A DNA stretch of 64,000 bases, from contig CAZHIM010000006.1 of the NCBI GenBank assembly GCA_964532525.1, positions 46,309 through 110,308 on the forward strand, written 5' to 3'. Position numbers and translations under genes: made by a program. The DNA is from an uncultured Bifidobacteriaceae bacterium (GTDB taxonomy: Bacteria > Verrucomicrobiota > Verrucomicrobiia > Limisphaerales > UBA11358). The notes below the pieces were generated by a model that was given only the letters and a program-made list of their open reading frames with translations, was not told where the DNA came from and searched no databases. Shown piece after piece: positions 1 through 10,100 of the stretch (positions within the stretch are counted from its first letter, which is position 1; each line of letters starts with the position of its first letter).

Positions 1-350
1 AGGTAAAACACCGCCGCCACCTTCACAAACTTTTGCAGCATTTTCGCCTGTTTCAGGTTGCGCGGTATTCCATCCAGCACCAGCGTGTCCGTGGCCGCAT
101 GAAACCGCCCGGAGGCCACGAGCCCCTGCACATACTGCTGCCACAGTTCAATCGTCGGCTCGTCCGGCACCAGCTCGCCCCGGCCCGAATACTCCACAAA
201 CACCTTCCCCAGCGGGGTCTCCGGACTCAAATGGCGAAACACCTCCCCGCAACTGCAATGCAGGTATCCCGGAATGGCCCCCAGGATCTTGCCATGGGTG
301 CCCTTGCCCGAACCGGGCGCGCCAAACATGAGAATCGTCCGGTATTTCAC
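1..350 (-). CDS. adenylate kinase-like nucleoside monophosphate kinase, N-terminal part (gene runs off left edge)
   Basis: Own minus-strand translation from GTG at 350 gives VKYRTILMFGAPGSGKGTHGKILG...LVLDGIPRN. It has the P-loop GxPGxGKGT typical of the adenylate kinase family. GTGA overlap with the stop of the upstream ORF 347..1342. Confidence 0.6.
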   Translation of the reverse strand, partial: MKYRTILMFGAPGSGKGTHGKILGAIPGYLHCSCGEVFRHLSPETPLGKVFVEYSGRGELVPDEPTIELWQQYVQGLVASGRFHAATDTLVLDGIPRNLKQAKMLQKFVKVAAVFY

Positions 351-1342
351 GCGGCTTTGGGAATCAGTTTGATCTCCTGGATACTCGAGAACGGCACCGT
401 CACCTGCCCGTTCGGCGTCTCCAATATCGCCTCCAGCGCCGCCAACTGCTTGATGGATTCCACGGCTATGGTTTCCTTCGCCGTCTTGATCTGCATCGAA
501 AAGGTCTTGCCCTCGCCCTTGGGCTCGCCAATGAACCCCGCAAACCGCGTCTCAATGAACCGCCGGTTCAGCGTGAATTTGCCCCGCGCAAACACCTGCG
601 GCTCCGGCTGCTTGACCTCCGGTTCCGTCTGCCAGGTCGGCACCACCTGGATGTCGCCGGAGGCCGACGACGGCACGTTGCCGGCCGGCGCCGCGCCCGC
701 ACCCGTCGCCGACGGGCTGCTCTGCGGACGGGCACCCGCTGCGGGCGCTGCCGCTGGCGCCGCCGTGGCCGGCGCACCGCCGCTTGCCGCCGGCTCGGCC
801 GGCGCCGCTTCTTCCGCCGCATCCGACTGCTCCCGCTGACACAGGAAAATGATTGGCCCCGCCACCGGCAGCACCGCCGCCACCCCCATCACCAGCGGCA
901 CCGGCTTGCCCCGCACCACCGCGATTTCAAACGCCGCGTAAAGATTCGTCGCGTACACCACCAGCAGGAGGAACAGCCCCAGCGACGATTCAAACAGCCC
1001 GCCGATCAGCGACGGGTGCTCCGGCAGCACCATCCGGCTCACCGCGTTCACCTTGATTTCCGGCTTGGCCGGACGTTCCGCAGCCGAGGGCTCAATAAAC
1101 GGTTCCACGAAGCCCCGATACTTGGGAATCCCGGCCAACTGCTTCAGCGCGTCCTGCGAGAATTGCGCCCACAGCAGGTTCGTATAATTGTCCCCGGGCG
1201 TGCGGACCATCACGCCGCTGTCGTCGGATTTCACAATTTCGCCGGTCACGGACGTGCCATCGGTCAGCGTCAACGTCTCCGCCGCCAGCACACACGCCGT
1301 CAAACCCAGCCAAAGGCTGAAAAAAACCAGGAACTTTCGCAC
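347..1342 (-). CDS. hypothetical secreted/membrane protein with Ala/Pro-rich linker
   Basis: 331-aa ORF with a signal-peptide-like N-terminus (RKFLVFFSLWLGLTACVLAAE), central hydrophobic helices and a low-complexity AAPAEPAASGG linker. No family recognised. GTG start. Confidence 0.55.
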   Translation of the reverse strand: MRKFLVFFSLWLGLTACVLAAETLTLTDGTSVTGEIVKSDDSGVMVRTPGDNYTNLLWAQFSQDALKQLAGIPKYRGFVEPFIEPSAAERPAKPEIKVNAVSRMVLPEHPSLIGGLFESSLGLFLLLVVYATNLYAAFEIAVVRGKPVPLVMGVAAVLPVAGPIIFLCQREQSDAAEEAAPAEPAASGGAPATAAPAAAPAAGARPQSSPSATGAGAAPAGNVPSSASGDIQVVPTWQTEPEVKQPEPQVFARGKFTLNRRFIETRFAGFIGEPKGEGKTFSMQIKTAKETIAVESIKQLAALEAILETPNGQVTVPFSSIQEIKLIPKAA

Positions 1343-1404
1343 GACGATTTTCTAGCAGACACCACGCCCAGACGAAAGCAAATTCAACCGGGCTTATTCA
1401 GGCA

Positions 1405-3879
1405 TTAGTTCGTTTTCGAGCCTGCCAGCACCCGCCCATCCATCGTCCGCAACCGCCACCCGGACCGGTCCGTGATGATCGTCACCGCCCCCGCCGTCCG
1501 CGTGTAGAGCACCGGCAGCTTCGCCCGGTCCAGCCGCTCCCGCAGCGGCCGCCCCGCCCGGCGCCCCGCCGGCAGCTCCGCATCCGCAATCACCACCACC
1601 TGCGGCCGCACCGCCGCCAGCAACGCGTCGCACACCGGCTCGCCTTCGTCCGGCAGCCCGGCAATCGCAATCTCCGCCCGCAAATCATTCGTCTGCGCCA
1701 GCAGTTCACTCTGCCCCGCCCGGCTCAAATCCGACAGCAGCAGGATTCGCGTCCCGTGAAAATCCCCGCGCAGCACCAGCGCCGCGTCGCCGGCCCGCGA
1801 AACATTCTCCGTGGCCGCCGGAAACAACACCCGCCAGCAGCCATTCGTGTCGCCCCAATGCAAAATGTGATGGCGCGAACCCTGCCCCCGGCCTCCCGGC
1901 GCCCCCTCGCCGGCTTCAAACCGGGCCACCGCATCCCGGTATGCCGCAGACCGGAACTGCACCCCGCTGGTCCACAGGCCGCCGACGCCGAAGAGGTCAT
2001 CCGCCAACCCCGCTCCGCCGAAATTGCGCGCGCTGCCATCGGCCAGCACCAGTCGCGGCAGCGAATTCACGCCCTGCCCGCGCAAATAATCTTTCAGCGT
2101 GAAGCTCACCGCGTCCTCGCTGCCGCAATTGATTAGACATTCATTATCCCGCCCGCCGCCGGCCACATACACCGCGTGTCCGCCCCCCAGCGGCAGCACC
2201 GTCAGGTGCGTTTCCCCGCGCGCGGCCTGCCAGTGCCAGCCGTAACCGGCCGCGATGACCAGCAGCACCGCCGCGCTGGCCAGTTTCCGCCGCCGCGTCC
2301 GAAACCACCCGCTGAACGCCGCGATGATGACCCCGTAATACAGCGCCACCGTCGCCAGCGACGGTTCCGCCACATAACAATACGCCCCCGGCAGCCGCGC
2401 CGCCTCCACGCTCACCCACGTCATCGCTGACATGAAAAACCACGCCGCGTGATTAAACAGCTCCGTGCACCATGGCAGCCAGTGCCCGCACAGGAGCGAC
2501 CCGAGATTCGCCATGAGCGCGAACGCCCCCAGCGGCACGGCGACCATGTTTGCCGGCGTGGACACCGGACTGAAAAGATGAAAATACTTCGCCGCCAGCG
2601 GCGCCGCCCCCACCCACGCCACGAACGACAGCCCGCAAAAATGCGCCAGCCGCCGCGCCCAGACCACCCCGGTTTTCCGCCAGCCCGGCACCAGTTCAGC
2701 CGGCAGCAGCGGATCCGGCGCCAGCCACCGGGCGATCAGCGCGTCCGAGAATTCATTCACCGGCGGCAGCAGCACCCCAATCACCAACACCACGAAAAAT
2801 GAAAGCTGAAAGCCCGCCTCCAACAGTTGCCTCGGGTCCGCCACCAGGATGATGATCGCCGCCGCCGCCAGCGAATTCAGCAAATCCACCGGCCGCCTGG
2901 CCATCCAGCCCCCAATGACGATCGTCATCATCACCGACGCCCGCATGGCCGAGGGCTCCCAGCCCGTCGCCGCCGTGTAAAACCAGAACAGCGGAATCGC
3001 CAGCGCCCCGCACCCGGCCCGCGGCAGCCGCAGCATCCGGAACAACATCACCAGCATGCCGCTCACCAACGCAATCCGCAGCCCATCGATTGCGAATAAG
3101 TGCATCGTACCCGCCCTCAGATAGGGTTCGCTGATGTCCCCGGTGAATGCCGTCCGCCAGCCCAGCGTCATCGCCCACAGCAACCGCAGTGGTTCGTCCT
3201 CCGCCGGCAGCCCCAGCGCCAGCGTGCCCCGCGACCAGTTCAGGAACCGGTCCGTCAAGGGGGCCTTTCCCCGGCGCGGCTCCAGGATTTTCCAGTCGTT
3301 CGTGGACTCCACCCGCACCTGGTAATAAATTCCCCGCGTCTCCAGGTAATCCCGAAAATCGAACAGCCCCTCCGCCACCGGCAACGGCGGTTGCGCCGCC
3401 ACCCCGGCCACCTCCACCCGCTGCCCCGCGAAATACTCCGGCCCCAGCACGGCCGGCGTGCTCACCACCACCTCGCCCGCCGCCGGCTGAAAGTCGCCTT
3501 CCCGCCGCAGCTCGCCCACGCGCACGCGCGCCACGCTCCGCCATTTCTCCCGCCCGTCCCGCTCGCTGATTTTCAGCCGGGGCGTCTCCGCCAGCACGCC
3601 CCGCACCGTCGCCACCGCCGGCTCGCCGCCCAACAGCACGCGCAAATCCGCCGGCGACACCACCGCCGTGCGCACGGCAAAATTGGTCCACCCCGCCGCG
3701 AGCAGCAACGGCCACAGGAGAATCCCACGAACCTTACGGAAGATCAGCATGCCCGCCAGCAGCACCGCCAGCCCGCCAAACAGGAACGCCAGCCCTGGAT
3801 GAAACCATTGCGCCGGCAGCACGCCCAGGCCATAAGCCGCCACCACCGCCACCAGCGGATGTTTCCGCGTGAAGCTCAC
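1405..3879 (-). CDS. comEC: ComEC/Rec2 DNA internalisation competence protein with C-terminal metallo-beta-lactamase domain
   Basis: 824 aa and polytopic. Competence-domain motif LRAGTMHLFAIDGLRIALVSG, then a C-terminal MBL-like part (HLTVLPLGGGHAVYV ... VLRGDFHGTRILLLSD). GTG start. Confidence 0.85.
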   Translation of the reverse strand: MSFTRKHPLVAVVAAYGLGVLPAQWFHPGLAFLFGGLAVLLAGMLIFRKVRGILLWPLLLAAGWTNFAVRTAVVSPADLRVLLGGEPAVATVRGVLAETPRLKISERDGREKWRSVARVRVGELRREGDFQPAAGEVVVSTPAVLGPEYFAGQRVEVAGVAAQPPLPVAEGLFDFRDYLETRGIYYQVRVESTNDWKILEPRRGKAPLTDRFLNWSRGTLALGLPAEDEPLRLLWAMTLGWRTAFTGDISEPYLRAGTMHLFAIDGLRIALVSGMLVMLFRMLRLPRAGCGALAIPLFWFYTAATGWEPSAMRASVMMTIVIGGWMARRPVDLLNSLAAAAIIILVADPRQLLEAGFQLSFFVVLVIGVLLPPVNEFSDALIARWLAPDPLLPAELVPGWRKTGVVWARRLAHFCGLSFVAWVGAAPLAAKYFHLFSPVSTPANMVAVPLGAFALMANLGSLLCGHWLPWCTELFNHAAWFFMSAMTWVSVEAARLPGAYCYVAEPSLATVALYYGVIIAAFSGWFRTRRRKLASAAVLLVIAAGYGWHWQAARGETHLTVLPLGGGHAVYVAGGGRDNECLINCGSEDAVSFTLKDYLRGQGVNSLPRLVLADGSARNFGGAGLADDLFGVGGLWTSGVQFRSAAYRDAVARFEAGEGAPGGRGQGSRHHILHWGDTNGCWRVLFPAATENVSRAGDAALVLRGDFHGTRILLLSDLSRAGQSELLAQTNDLRAEIAIAGLPDEGEPVCDALLAAVRPQVVVIADAELPAGRRAGRPLRERLDRAKLPVLYTRTAGAVTIITDRSGWRLRTMDGRVLAGSKTN

Positions 3880-4029
3880 TTAACCCAAGCCCCCACGCGA
3901 AGCCATGGCGCCAGATGCTTCATAGGTTTATTCCGTTCTGATGCCGCCATTCAACCAACTCCCGCCCCGCCCGCAACTGAAAAAAACAATCGCACCCGCC
4001 CCCAATCCCCGCTTTGCCCCACTCGCCCC

Positions 4030-4168
4030 CGCAATTCCGACGCGCCCGGCAACCCCGTTCGCGTCTTGGACTGCGCCGGCAAAGCGCCAGCGGCGACGGC
4101 GCTTTCGCACGCGCGCGCGGGCCGCGAGCTTTTGAAGTCCGTCATACGCACGAAAGCGGCGTGGCGCT
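4030..4168. repeat. interspersed GC-rich repeat unit (family B), inverted copy of 12430..12568
   Basis: Aligned by hand. gcaattccgacgcgcccggc...gtcttggactgcgccggcaaagcg...cgaaagcggcgtggcgc matches the reverse complement of 12430..12568 over about 140 nt with scattered mismatches. Confidence 0.75.
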
Positions 4169-4175
4169 AAAATTC

Positions 4176-5096
4176 ATGGTGGACAACATTAATCCACCCT
4201 TGCTAGGGTCGCTTCCAGTGAAAGAATCAGGCTGCGAAATCCCGGGAACAGGCTGCGAAATCCGCCGCCCGTTCGGTGCGATTCGCTGCTCTCCGCACTG
4301 TCCAATTGATCTGACAAGCAACTTCAAAGCCACCGACGGCTTCACGCTGATCGAGTTGCTGGTTGTGATCGCTGTCATTGCCATACTCGCCGCATTGTTA
4401 TTGCCGGTCTTGAGTCGTGCGAAAGCCAACGCACAGCGAACGGTCTGCCTGAATAACCTGCGGCAAATCAACCTGGGAGTGCGAATGTATTCGGACGACT
4501 CAAATGACAAGGCGCCCCAACCCGCCGTTGCGGTTTCGAATCCGTACGCTGGTTACCGGGAACTGATGAAAAGCTATGTGGGTATGGGAGGCACATCCTC
4601 CAATCAAGGCAAGTTGTTCGCTTGCCCAGCCGACACTTTTTATTGCGATTATTTCCTGGGACATTATCCGTCTTCCGCTCCCATGGTGGGATATGTGTCA
4701 GGGAACATCTGGGCCCGCCCCGATTGTGACTATTCAAGTTATGCCTTCAACGCGGGGAATCTGATCGCCGACAATGTGAGCCCAAACGGCAGGCCGGGCA
4801 TTGCCGGTGTGCCCCTCGGTTTCATCAAACACCCCGCGAGGACGGCTGTGGTGGCCGAGGTGTCGGCCTTCGTTCCGTTTTCCTGGCACACGCCGAAGCG
4901 GCCTCCGTACGTTCTTTCCAACCTCATCTTTGACAATGCTATGAACATGATTAGTTTCGTGGACGGGCATGTCAGCTATGTCAAGGTGTTTTGGAAAGCT
5001 TCCTGGCCGCTAACCTCCAGTTACGATCCGCCAGGGGGCTATGCCGGCAATTACGATCCACCGGATGGCTATGAGTACCAGTGGAGCGCAAATTGA
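4176..5096 (+). CDS. prepilin-type N-terminal cleavage/methylation domain protein (pseudopilin-like, FxDGHV C-terminal motif)
   Basis: [23 protein letters not shown] leader/methylation motif and C-terminal [11 protein letters not shown]. This is typical of the expanded Verrucomicrobia/Planctomycetes family. ATG at 4176 chosen because the longer ORF from 4014 runs through the repeat. Confidence 0.8.
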   Translation: MVDNINPPLLGSLPVKESGCEIPGTGCEIRRPFGAIRCSPHCPIDLTSNFKATDGFTLIELLVVIAVIAILAALLLPVLSRAKANAQRTVCLNNLRQINLGVRMYSDDSNDKAPQPAVAVSNPYAGYRELMKSYVGMGGTSSNQGKLFACPADTFYCDYFLGHYPSSAPMVGYVSGNIWARPDCDYSSYAFNAGNLIADNVSPNGRPGIAGVPLGFIKHPARTAVVAEVSAFVPFSWHTPKRPPYVLSNLIFDNAMNMISFVDGHVSYVKVFWKASWPLTSSYDPPGGYAGNYDPPDGYEYQWSAN

Positions 5097-5200
5097 TTTG
5101 CTGTTCGCGTCGTCGCGGAACGAGGTGCGGCGTCAAGCGCCTGCCAAGTGGTAATTTAAAAACGCTTGAACAAGTTTCGTGATGGTGGGTCGAACCTTCG

Positions 5201-5908
5201 ATGAACATTACCGCCGTCCGCGTCCGCCACTGGTGGCAACAGGAAATCCGTCCTTTGCTGATTCTTGCCCTGGTGCTGTTTTCCATCCGGTCCTCCTTGG
5301 CGGACTGGAATGACGTGCCGTCCGGCTCCATGCAGCCAACGATTCTGGTGGGCGACCGCATTTTCGTAAACAAGCTGGCTTATGATCTCAAGCTCCCGTT
5401 CACCACCTGGCACCTGGCCGAGTGGGCGAATCCGCGGCGGGGCGACATTGTGGTGTTCTTCTCGCCCCACGACGGCACCCGGCTGGTGAAACGCGTGGTG
5501 GGCTTGCCGGGCGACACGGTCGAATTGCGGAACGAGCAGTTGCTCATCAACGGCACCCCGGTTGATTACACCCCGTTGAGCGCGGAGTTATCGGACCAGT
5601 TGCCCACGGCGGAGCGGCCGGGCAGCGAATTCGCGACGGAGAAATTGCCCGGCCACGACCATGTGGTCATGGCCAGGCCCAGCCTGCCCGCCAAACGGAC
5701 CTTTGGACCGGTGGCGGTGCCCGCGGACTCCTACTTCATGATGGGCGACAATCGGGACAACAGTTTTGATTCCCGGTATTTTGGCACCGTTGAACGGCGG
5801 CGGATCGTGGGCCAGGCGACAACCGTCATGTTATCGCTCAACCGGGATGATTATTGGATGCCGCGGCTGCAACGCACCTTGAGACCGCTGGATTCGACGA
5901 CGAAGTAG
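5201..5908 (+). CDS. lepB: signal peptidase I (S26 family)
   Basis: Motifs SGSMQPTI (catalytic Ser), GDIVVF, VKRVVGLPGD, YFMMGDNRDNSFDSRYFG. Confidence 0.9.
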   Translation: MNITAVRVRHWWQQEIRPLLILALVLFSIRSSLADWNDVPSGSMQPTILVGDRIFVNKLAYDLKLPFTTWHLAEWANPRRGDIVVFFSPHDGTRLVKRVVGLPGDTVELRNEQLLINGTPVDYTPLSAELSDQLPTAERPGSEFATEKLPGHDHVVMARPSLPAKRTFGPVAVPADSYFMMGDNRDNSFDSRYFGTVERRRIVGQATTVMLSLNRDDYWMPRLQRTLRPLDSTTK

Positions 5909-6004
5909 CGAGTGGAGACATGCCGTAAATTCGTCCTGCCGGAACACCGTAGATTCAACCGGCCAACCAGACGTTTTGCCGGCAGTACGCACCTCCATCT
6001 ATTA

Positions 6005-6658
6005 GGGCCGCAGGCCCGTCATGTTACAGCCCGGGCTGAAGGGCCGGGTTGTCCGTCCCCGCGGATTCTCCAAGGCCTGTAAGGCCGCCACTTTATGTCA
6101 CAATCCCTCGCCAACCTTGTGATCCACCTCGTGTTTAGCACGAAGGGACGTCGCCAGCTTTTGCGTGATGAAGAGCGAGGCCAGCTTCACGCCTACATCA
6201 CCGGTGTCCTCAAGAACCATGATTCATCGTTGATTGAGATCAATTCCGTTCGTGACCACGTCCATATTCTGTTTAGGCAATCGAAGAACCACGCGCCGGC
6301 AAAGATCGTTGAGCAGGTGAAAACCGCCTCGTCGGCTTGGATCAAGACTCTTGACGCGTCGTATTCGGATTTCGCGTGGCAGAGCGGCTATGGCGAGTTT
6401 ACTGTCAGCCCAATGCACATCGAACCGGTGCGGAACTATATTCGTAATCAGGCGGCGCATCACACGCGGGAGGATTTTCAAACGGAGTTTCGGCGGATTT
6501 GCGAGAAGAATGGCGAACGGTTGAACGAACGTTACGCGTGGGATTGAATTTGATTTTTGAATTGGCGTAGTGGTTCCGGCCTTACAGGCCTGGCAGGTTT
6601 TTGGGTGACGGGTTCCTGGGCCTTCAGCCCAGGCTATAACATTGCGGGCTTTCAGCCC
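6005..6658 (+). mobile_element. IS200-like/RAYT-like unit: Y1 transposase gene flanked by inverted REP-like hairpin motifs
   Basis: The left flank carries agcccgggctgaagggcc (6028..6045) and ggcctgtaaggcc (6074..6086). The right flank carries their reverse complements, ggccttacaggcc (6578..6590) and gggccttcagcccaggct (6618..6635). There is an extra gggctttcagccc at 6646..6658. Confidence 0.65.
6095..6547 (+). CDS. IS200/IS605-family Y1 (HUH) transposase, REP-associated tyrosine transposase-like
   Basis: 150 aa. HUH motif in DHVHILF, conserved tyrosine context WQSGYGEFTVS. Size and layout are typical of IS200-like TnpA/RAYT. Confidence 0.8.
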   Translation: MSQSLANLVIHLVFSTKGRRQLLRDEERGQLHAYITGVLKNHDSSLIEINSVRDHVHILFRQSKNHAPAKIVEQVKTASSAWIKTLDASYSDFAWQSGYGEFTVSPMHIEPVRNYIRNQAAHHTREDFQTEFRRICEKNGERLNERYAWD

Positions 6659-6676
6659 GCGCACACAGTCATGACG

Positions 6677-6724
6677 CCGTCTGCCCGGCACCGCCATGCC
6701 ACAGCCAGAGCAGCAGCAAACCCA
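6677..6724. repeat. 48-nt copy of the 3' end of the VanZ gene (direct repeat partner of 11443..11490)
   Basis: ccgtctgcccggcAccgccatgCcacagccagagcagcagcaaaccca against 11443..11490 gives 46 of 48 identical by hand alignment, same orientation. Confidence 0.8.
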
Positions 6725-7008
6725 CCCGGAGGGAGCCAGGACGGGCACCATCCCGCCTGCTCCTTTCGGTTCCAAATTGGAGCCCCGGCAACATCAGCCC
6801 GCAACGCGCTGGAACCAGATGTCAGACAGGTCGGATCGCCGCGCGCGGTCCGATTCAAGTGTAATTCATAATACTACAATCTGAAGTTCCTTCAATTTGC
6901 TCAACCATCTGACGATTTTTTCGCAATAAATCACGTAAATGGTGTGGTTTTCAGGATTATTTGGAGCTTATATCCGTTTCTAAACCTAACGCAAAGGTGA
7001 TTATTTGT

Positions 7009-7038
7009 TTGACAAACTATTTTCTTTTGCTTTATTTG
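7009..7038 (+). promoter_or_regulatory. possible sigma70-like promoter in AT-rich leader of the large secreted protein gene
   Basis: TTGACA at 7009..7014, then a T/A-rich hexamer (ttattt/tatttg) 17-18 nt downstream. It sits inside a markedly AT-rich 250-nt intergenic region. Confidence 0.25.
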
Positions 7039-7142
7039 TACTACATCATTTCCCCCAGCCGATGCGTGATTGCGCGCTTTTGAGTCGGAAAATGGCTGTG
7101 GACAATCAGTTGTGCCGGAAACCTGAAAAACTGAAACGAGTC

Positions 7143-10100
7143 ATGAAAATCAAAACCGTCTCTAAAAACACCAGCGCAGGCAGTCAACTATGTCGTTTGG
7201 GGAAACGCGCCGTATTCAGCGCGATCTGCGGGCTGGGCCTTTGGTCCAGCGCCTCCGGCCAGACGGTCCTCCTGCTGGATCTCGGCAGCAACGAGTCGGC
7301 GGCGAATGCTCCGGATTTTACCAAGGTAGGGCTTAACAATTATTCCTGGAACAATGGCACCTACTACGAATGGGATTATGTCGCGGGCACCAGTTTCACG
7401 CTTTCGATGACCAATGTCGGCGACTGGTCGCCGGGAAGCGAATCGCTGGCCAGTGACGGGTTTTATAATCTGTCCGCCACCGGCCCCGCTTATTTCACCT
7501 TGAGCGGGCTGCCGGCGGGCCAGACGGTGACGATTTATGCCTGCTATGGTTGGGATGGAGCCACCCGCGGCGCGGTAATGGAATATGGGGGCGAAACGAA
7601 TATCATCAGCAACCCGGGCACCACCGCCAACCCCGGCACCGCCACGCTGCAAAACCTGGGCCGGGCCCTGGTGGATGCGAATGGCTCGGTGAACGGCCGC
7701 TGGTATGGTCAGACCGGCTTTGACAGCGAGGGCCAGGTGGGGGCAATGATTTTTGACGTCGAGCCCTGCCAGCCAGTGCTCACGCTGAATGGAGCGAATC
7801 CGATGATCATTCCCATCAACTCCACTTTTACCGATCCGGGAGCCACGGCGGTGGAATCCTGCTCCGACACCGCGCTCACGGTCACCACCACCGGGAGGGT
7901 GACCAACACGGTTCTCGGCACGTACACCTTGACTTACAGTGCGCTGGCGGATGGCATCAACAATTCCATCACCCGCACGGTCAATGTGGTGAGCAGCGAT
8001 TTTCTTAACCTGGATCTGGCGGAAAACGGCAGTGGCGTGCCCACGCCCGCCGGTTTCAACCGCCTCAATTGGTATGGCAACAACATGAGTTTTGCCGGCG
8101 AGCAGAGCGTTGCCGGGGGCGCTTATACGGTGGCGTTCACGAACATCAGCGGCACCTGGAGCCCGGGCGGCACCACCCTTGACAAGGACGGTTTCTATGA
8201 AAATGCCGGCCAGACAGCGGGTTTCTCGGTGTCCGGCCTGCCCACCGGAAGTTTGGTCACGTTATACGCCTGCTGGGCGTGGGATGGAGCCGCCAATGCG
8301 GCCACGATTACCTATGCCGGATCGGCCACCACGCTCGCGGTGGGGTCGGGCATCACGGATCCATCGAGCACCACGTTGCAAAATGTCGGCACGGCCGTGG
8401 CTGACAGCAGCGGCACGGTGAGCGGCACTTGGACGGGGGGAACGCATCAGGGTCAAGTGGGGGGCATGATATTCGGCATTCAAGCGCCCGTCGGCCATAG
8501 CCTCTCGGTTTTGCCGCCCGGCTTCACCAATAACTGCCCGGCGGCGGTAACCTTCACCGCGGCGGCGGAGGCCGGCGCCAATTTGCAATGGTATAATAAT
8601 CTTAATCAGCCCATATCCGGCGCCACCAACGCCTCGCTTGTCTTGACCAATTTGCATCCGTCCGCCAGCGGCAATTTCGAGGTGGTGGCTTCCGGCGCCG
8701 GCTGGTCGGTCACCAACCTGGTGCCCGTCAGCATTATTGATGTCGCCGCGCCCGTCATGACGATGAACGGCAATGCCACCATGTTGGTGCCGCTGAACAG
8801 CCGGTGGGTTGACCCGGGCGTAACCGCGTTTGATGTCTGTGCCGGCGGCAGCCTGACCGTGAGCATGAGCGGCACGGTGGATACCAGCGCGGCCGGAGAG
8901 TACGACCTGACGTATTCGGCCACGACGGGCGATGGCGTGCCGGGCAGCTTGACCCGGGCGGTCATCGTGATTGACCCCGCCAATCTCCAACCGGACGTGC
9001 AGGTGGCACTGGACTTCCAGTCCTTATCCGACTACCAAGGCACTGCGAGCGGCTTCACCGCGCTGCAACTGTTTGACATCTCTTACGGCTTGTTTGGCAG
9101 CACTTCCGTCCAGGACCCCACCGGCAGCGGTCTCGGCTACACGTTGAATTTCGGGAATATCAGCTCCTGGGACCAGTCGCCTTACCTGGGTTACAATGAT
9201 ATTTCGACGGCTGGTTTCTATAACTACGGCGGCAATCCGGCGACTTTCTCATTGACCGGTTTGCCCACGGGCATGCAGGTGCAAATCTATGCAGTCTATG
9301 GCTGGAACGGGCCGGCCGACGCCGCCCAGATTATCTACGGCGGCGCAACCAACCAATTGACCACTGGCATCACGACCAACTCGCCAAACCCGCCCACCGA
9401 AGCTGACTTTCAGTTGGTGGGGTCGGCCGTGGTGGTGGATGGCACGGTCAGCGGCATCTGGTATGGTCCCACCGGCCCCACCTCGGAAGGTCAAATCGGT
9501 GGCATGATTATCAACCTCCAGTCCGTGCTGGTCCATGATGTGGCGGTTACTCCCGCCGTGACCATGCCGCTGTGCGGCAGCAACGTCACCTTTGTGGCCA
9601 GCGCCGCCGGTTATGGGCCGTTCACTTATCAGTGGTACGACAACCACACCAACCTGATTACCGGCGCCACCAACGCGACCTATACGTTGGCGAACGTGCG
9701 GGCAACCAACGCGGGCAATTACACGGTGGTGGTGCATAACCTCAACAACGCCGGTGCCGCGACCAACCTGGTGTTCATCGAGGGAGTCTCGGATTCAGGA
9801 GCGCCGGTGATGACGCTCAACGGCTTGAATCCGGCCAATGTCTTGGTGAACAGCGGTGCGTATGTGGATGCCGGGGCCACCGCGTATGATCTTTGCGGCG
9901 AGGCGTTCGTGCCCGTCCATTCCAACAATGCCGTGAATGTCGCGGTCGTGGGCTCCTATACCGTGACTTATACCGCAACGACCGGGAACGGCAATCCCGG
10001 CAGCATCACGCGCACGGTGAATGTGGTCCCCAACCAGACGCTGGACCTGGACTTCGCGCCGACGGGTGAAGTGGAGCCCGCTCCCGCTGGCTTCACCAAG

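Noticed and set aside
33-839. 268-aa plus-strand ORF at the left edge
   Set aside because: It overlaps the adenylate-kinase-like gene and the 347..1342 gene in antisense. It has a low-complexity Ala/Gly tail.
4014-4175. 5' extension of the prepilin-like ORF, and likewise 12330..12698 for the helicase
   Set aside because: The extensions run through interspersed repeat units and translate to Arg/Ala-rich junk. Internal ATGs sit just before the conserved N-termini.
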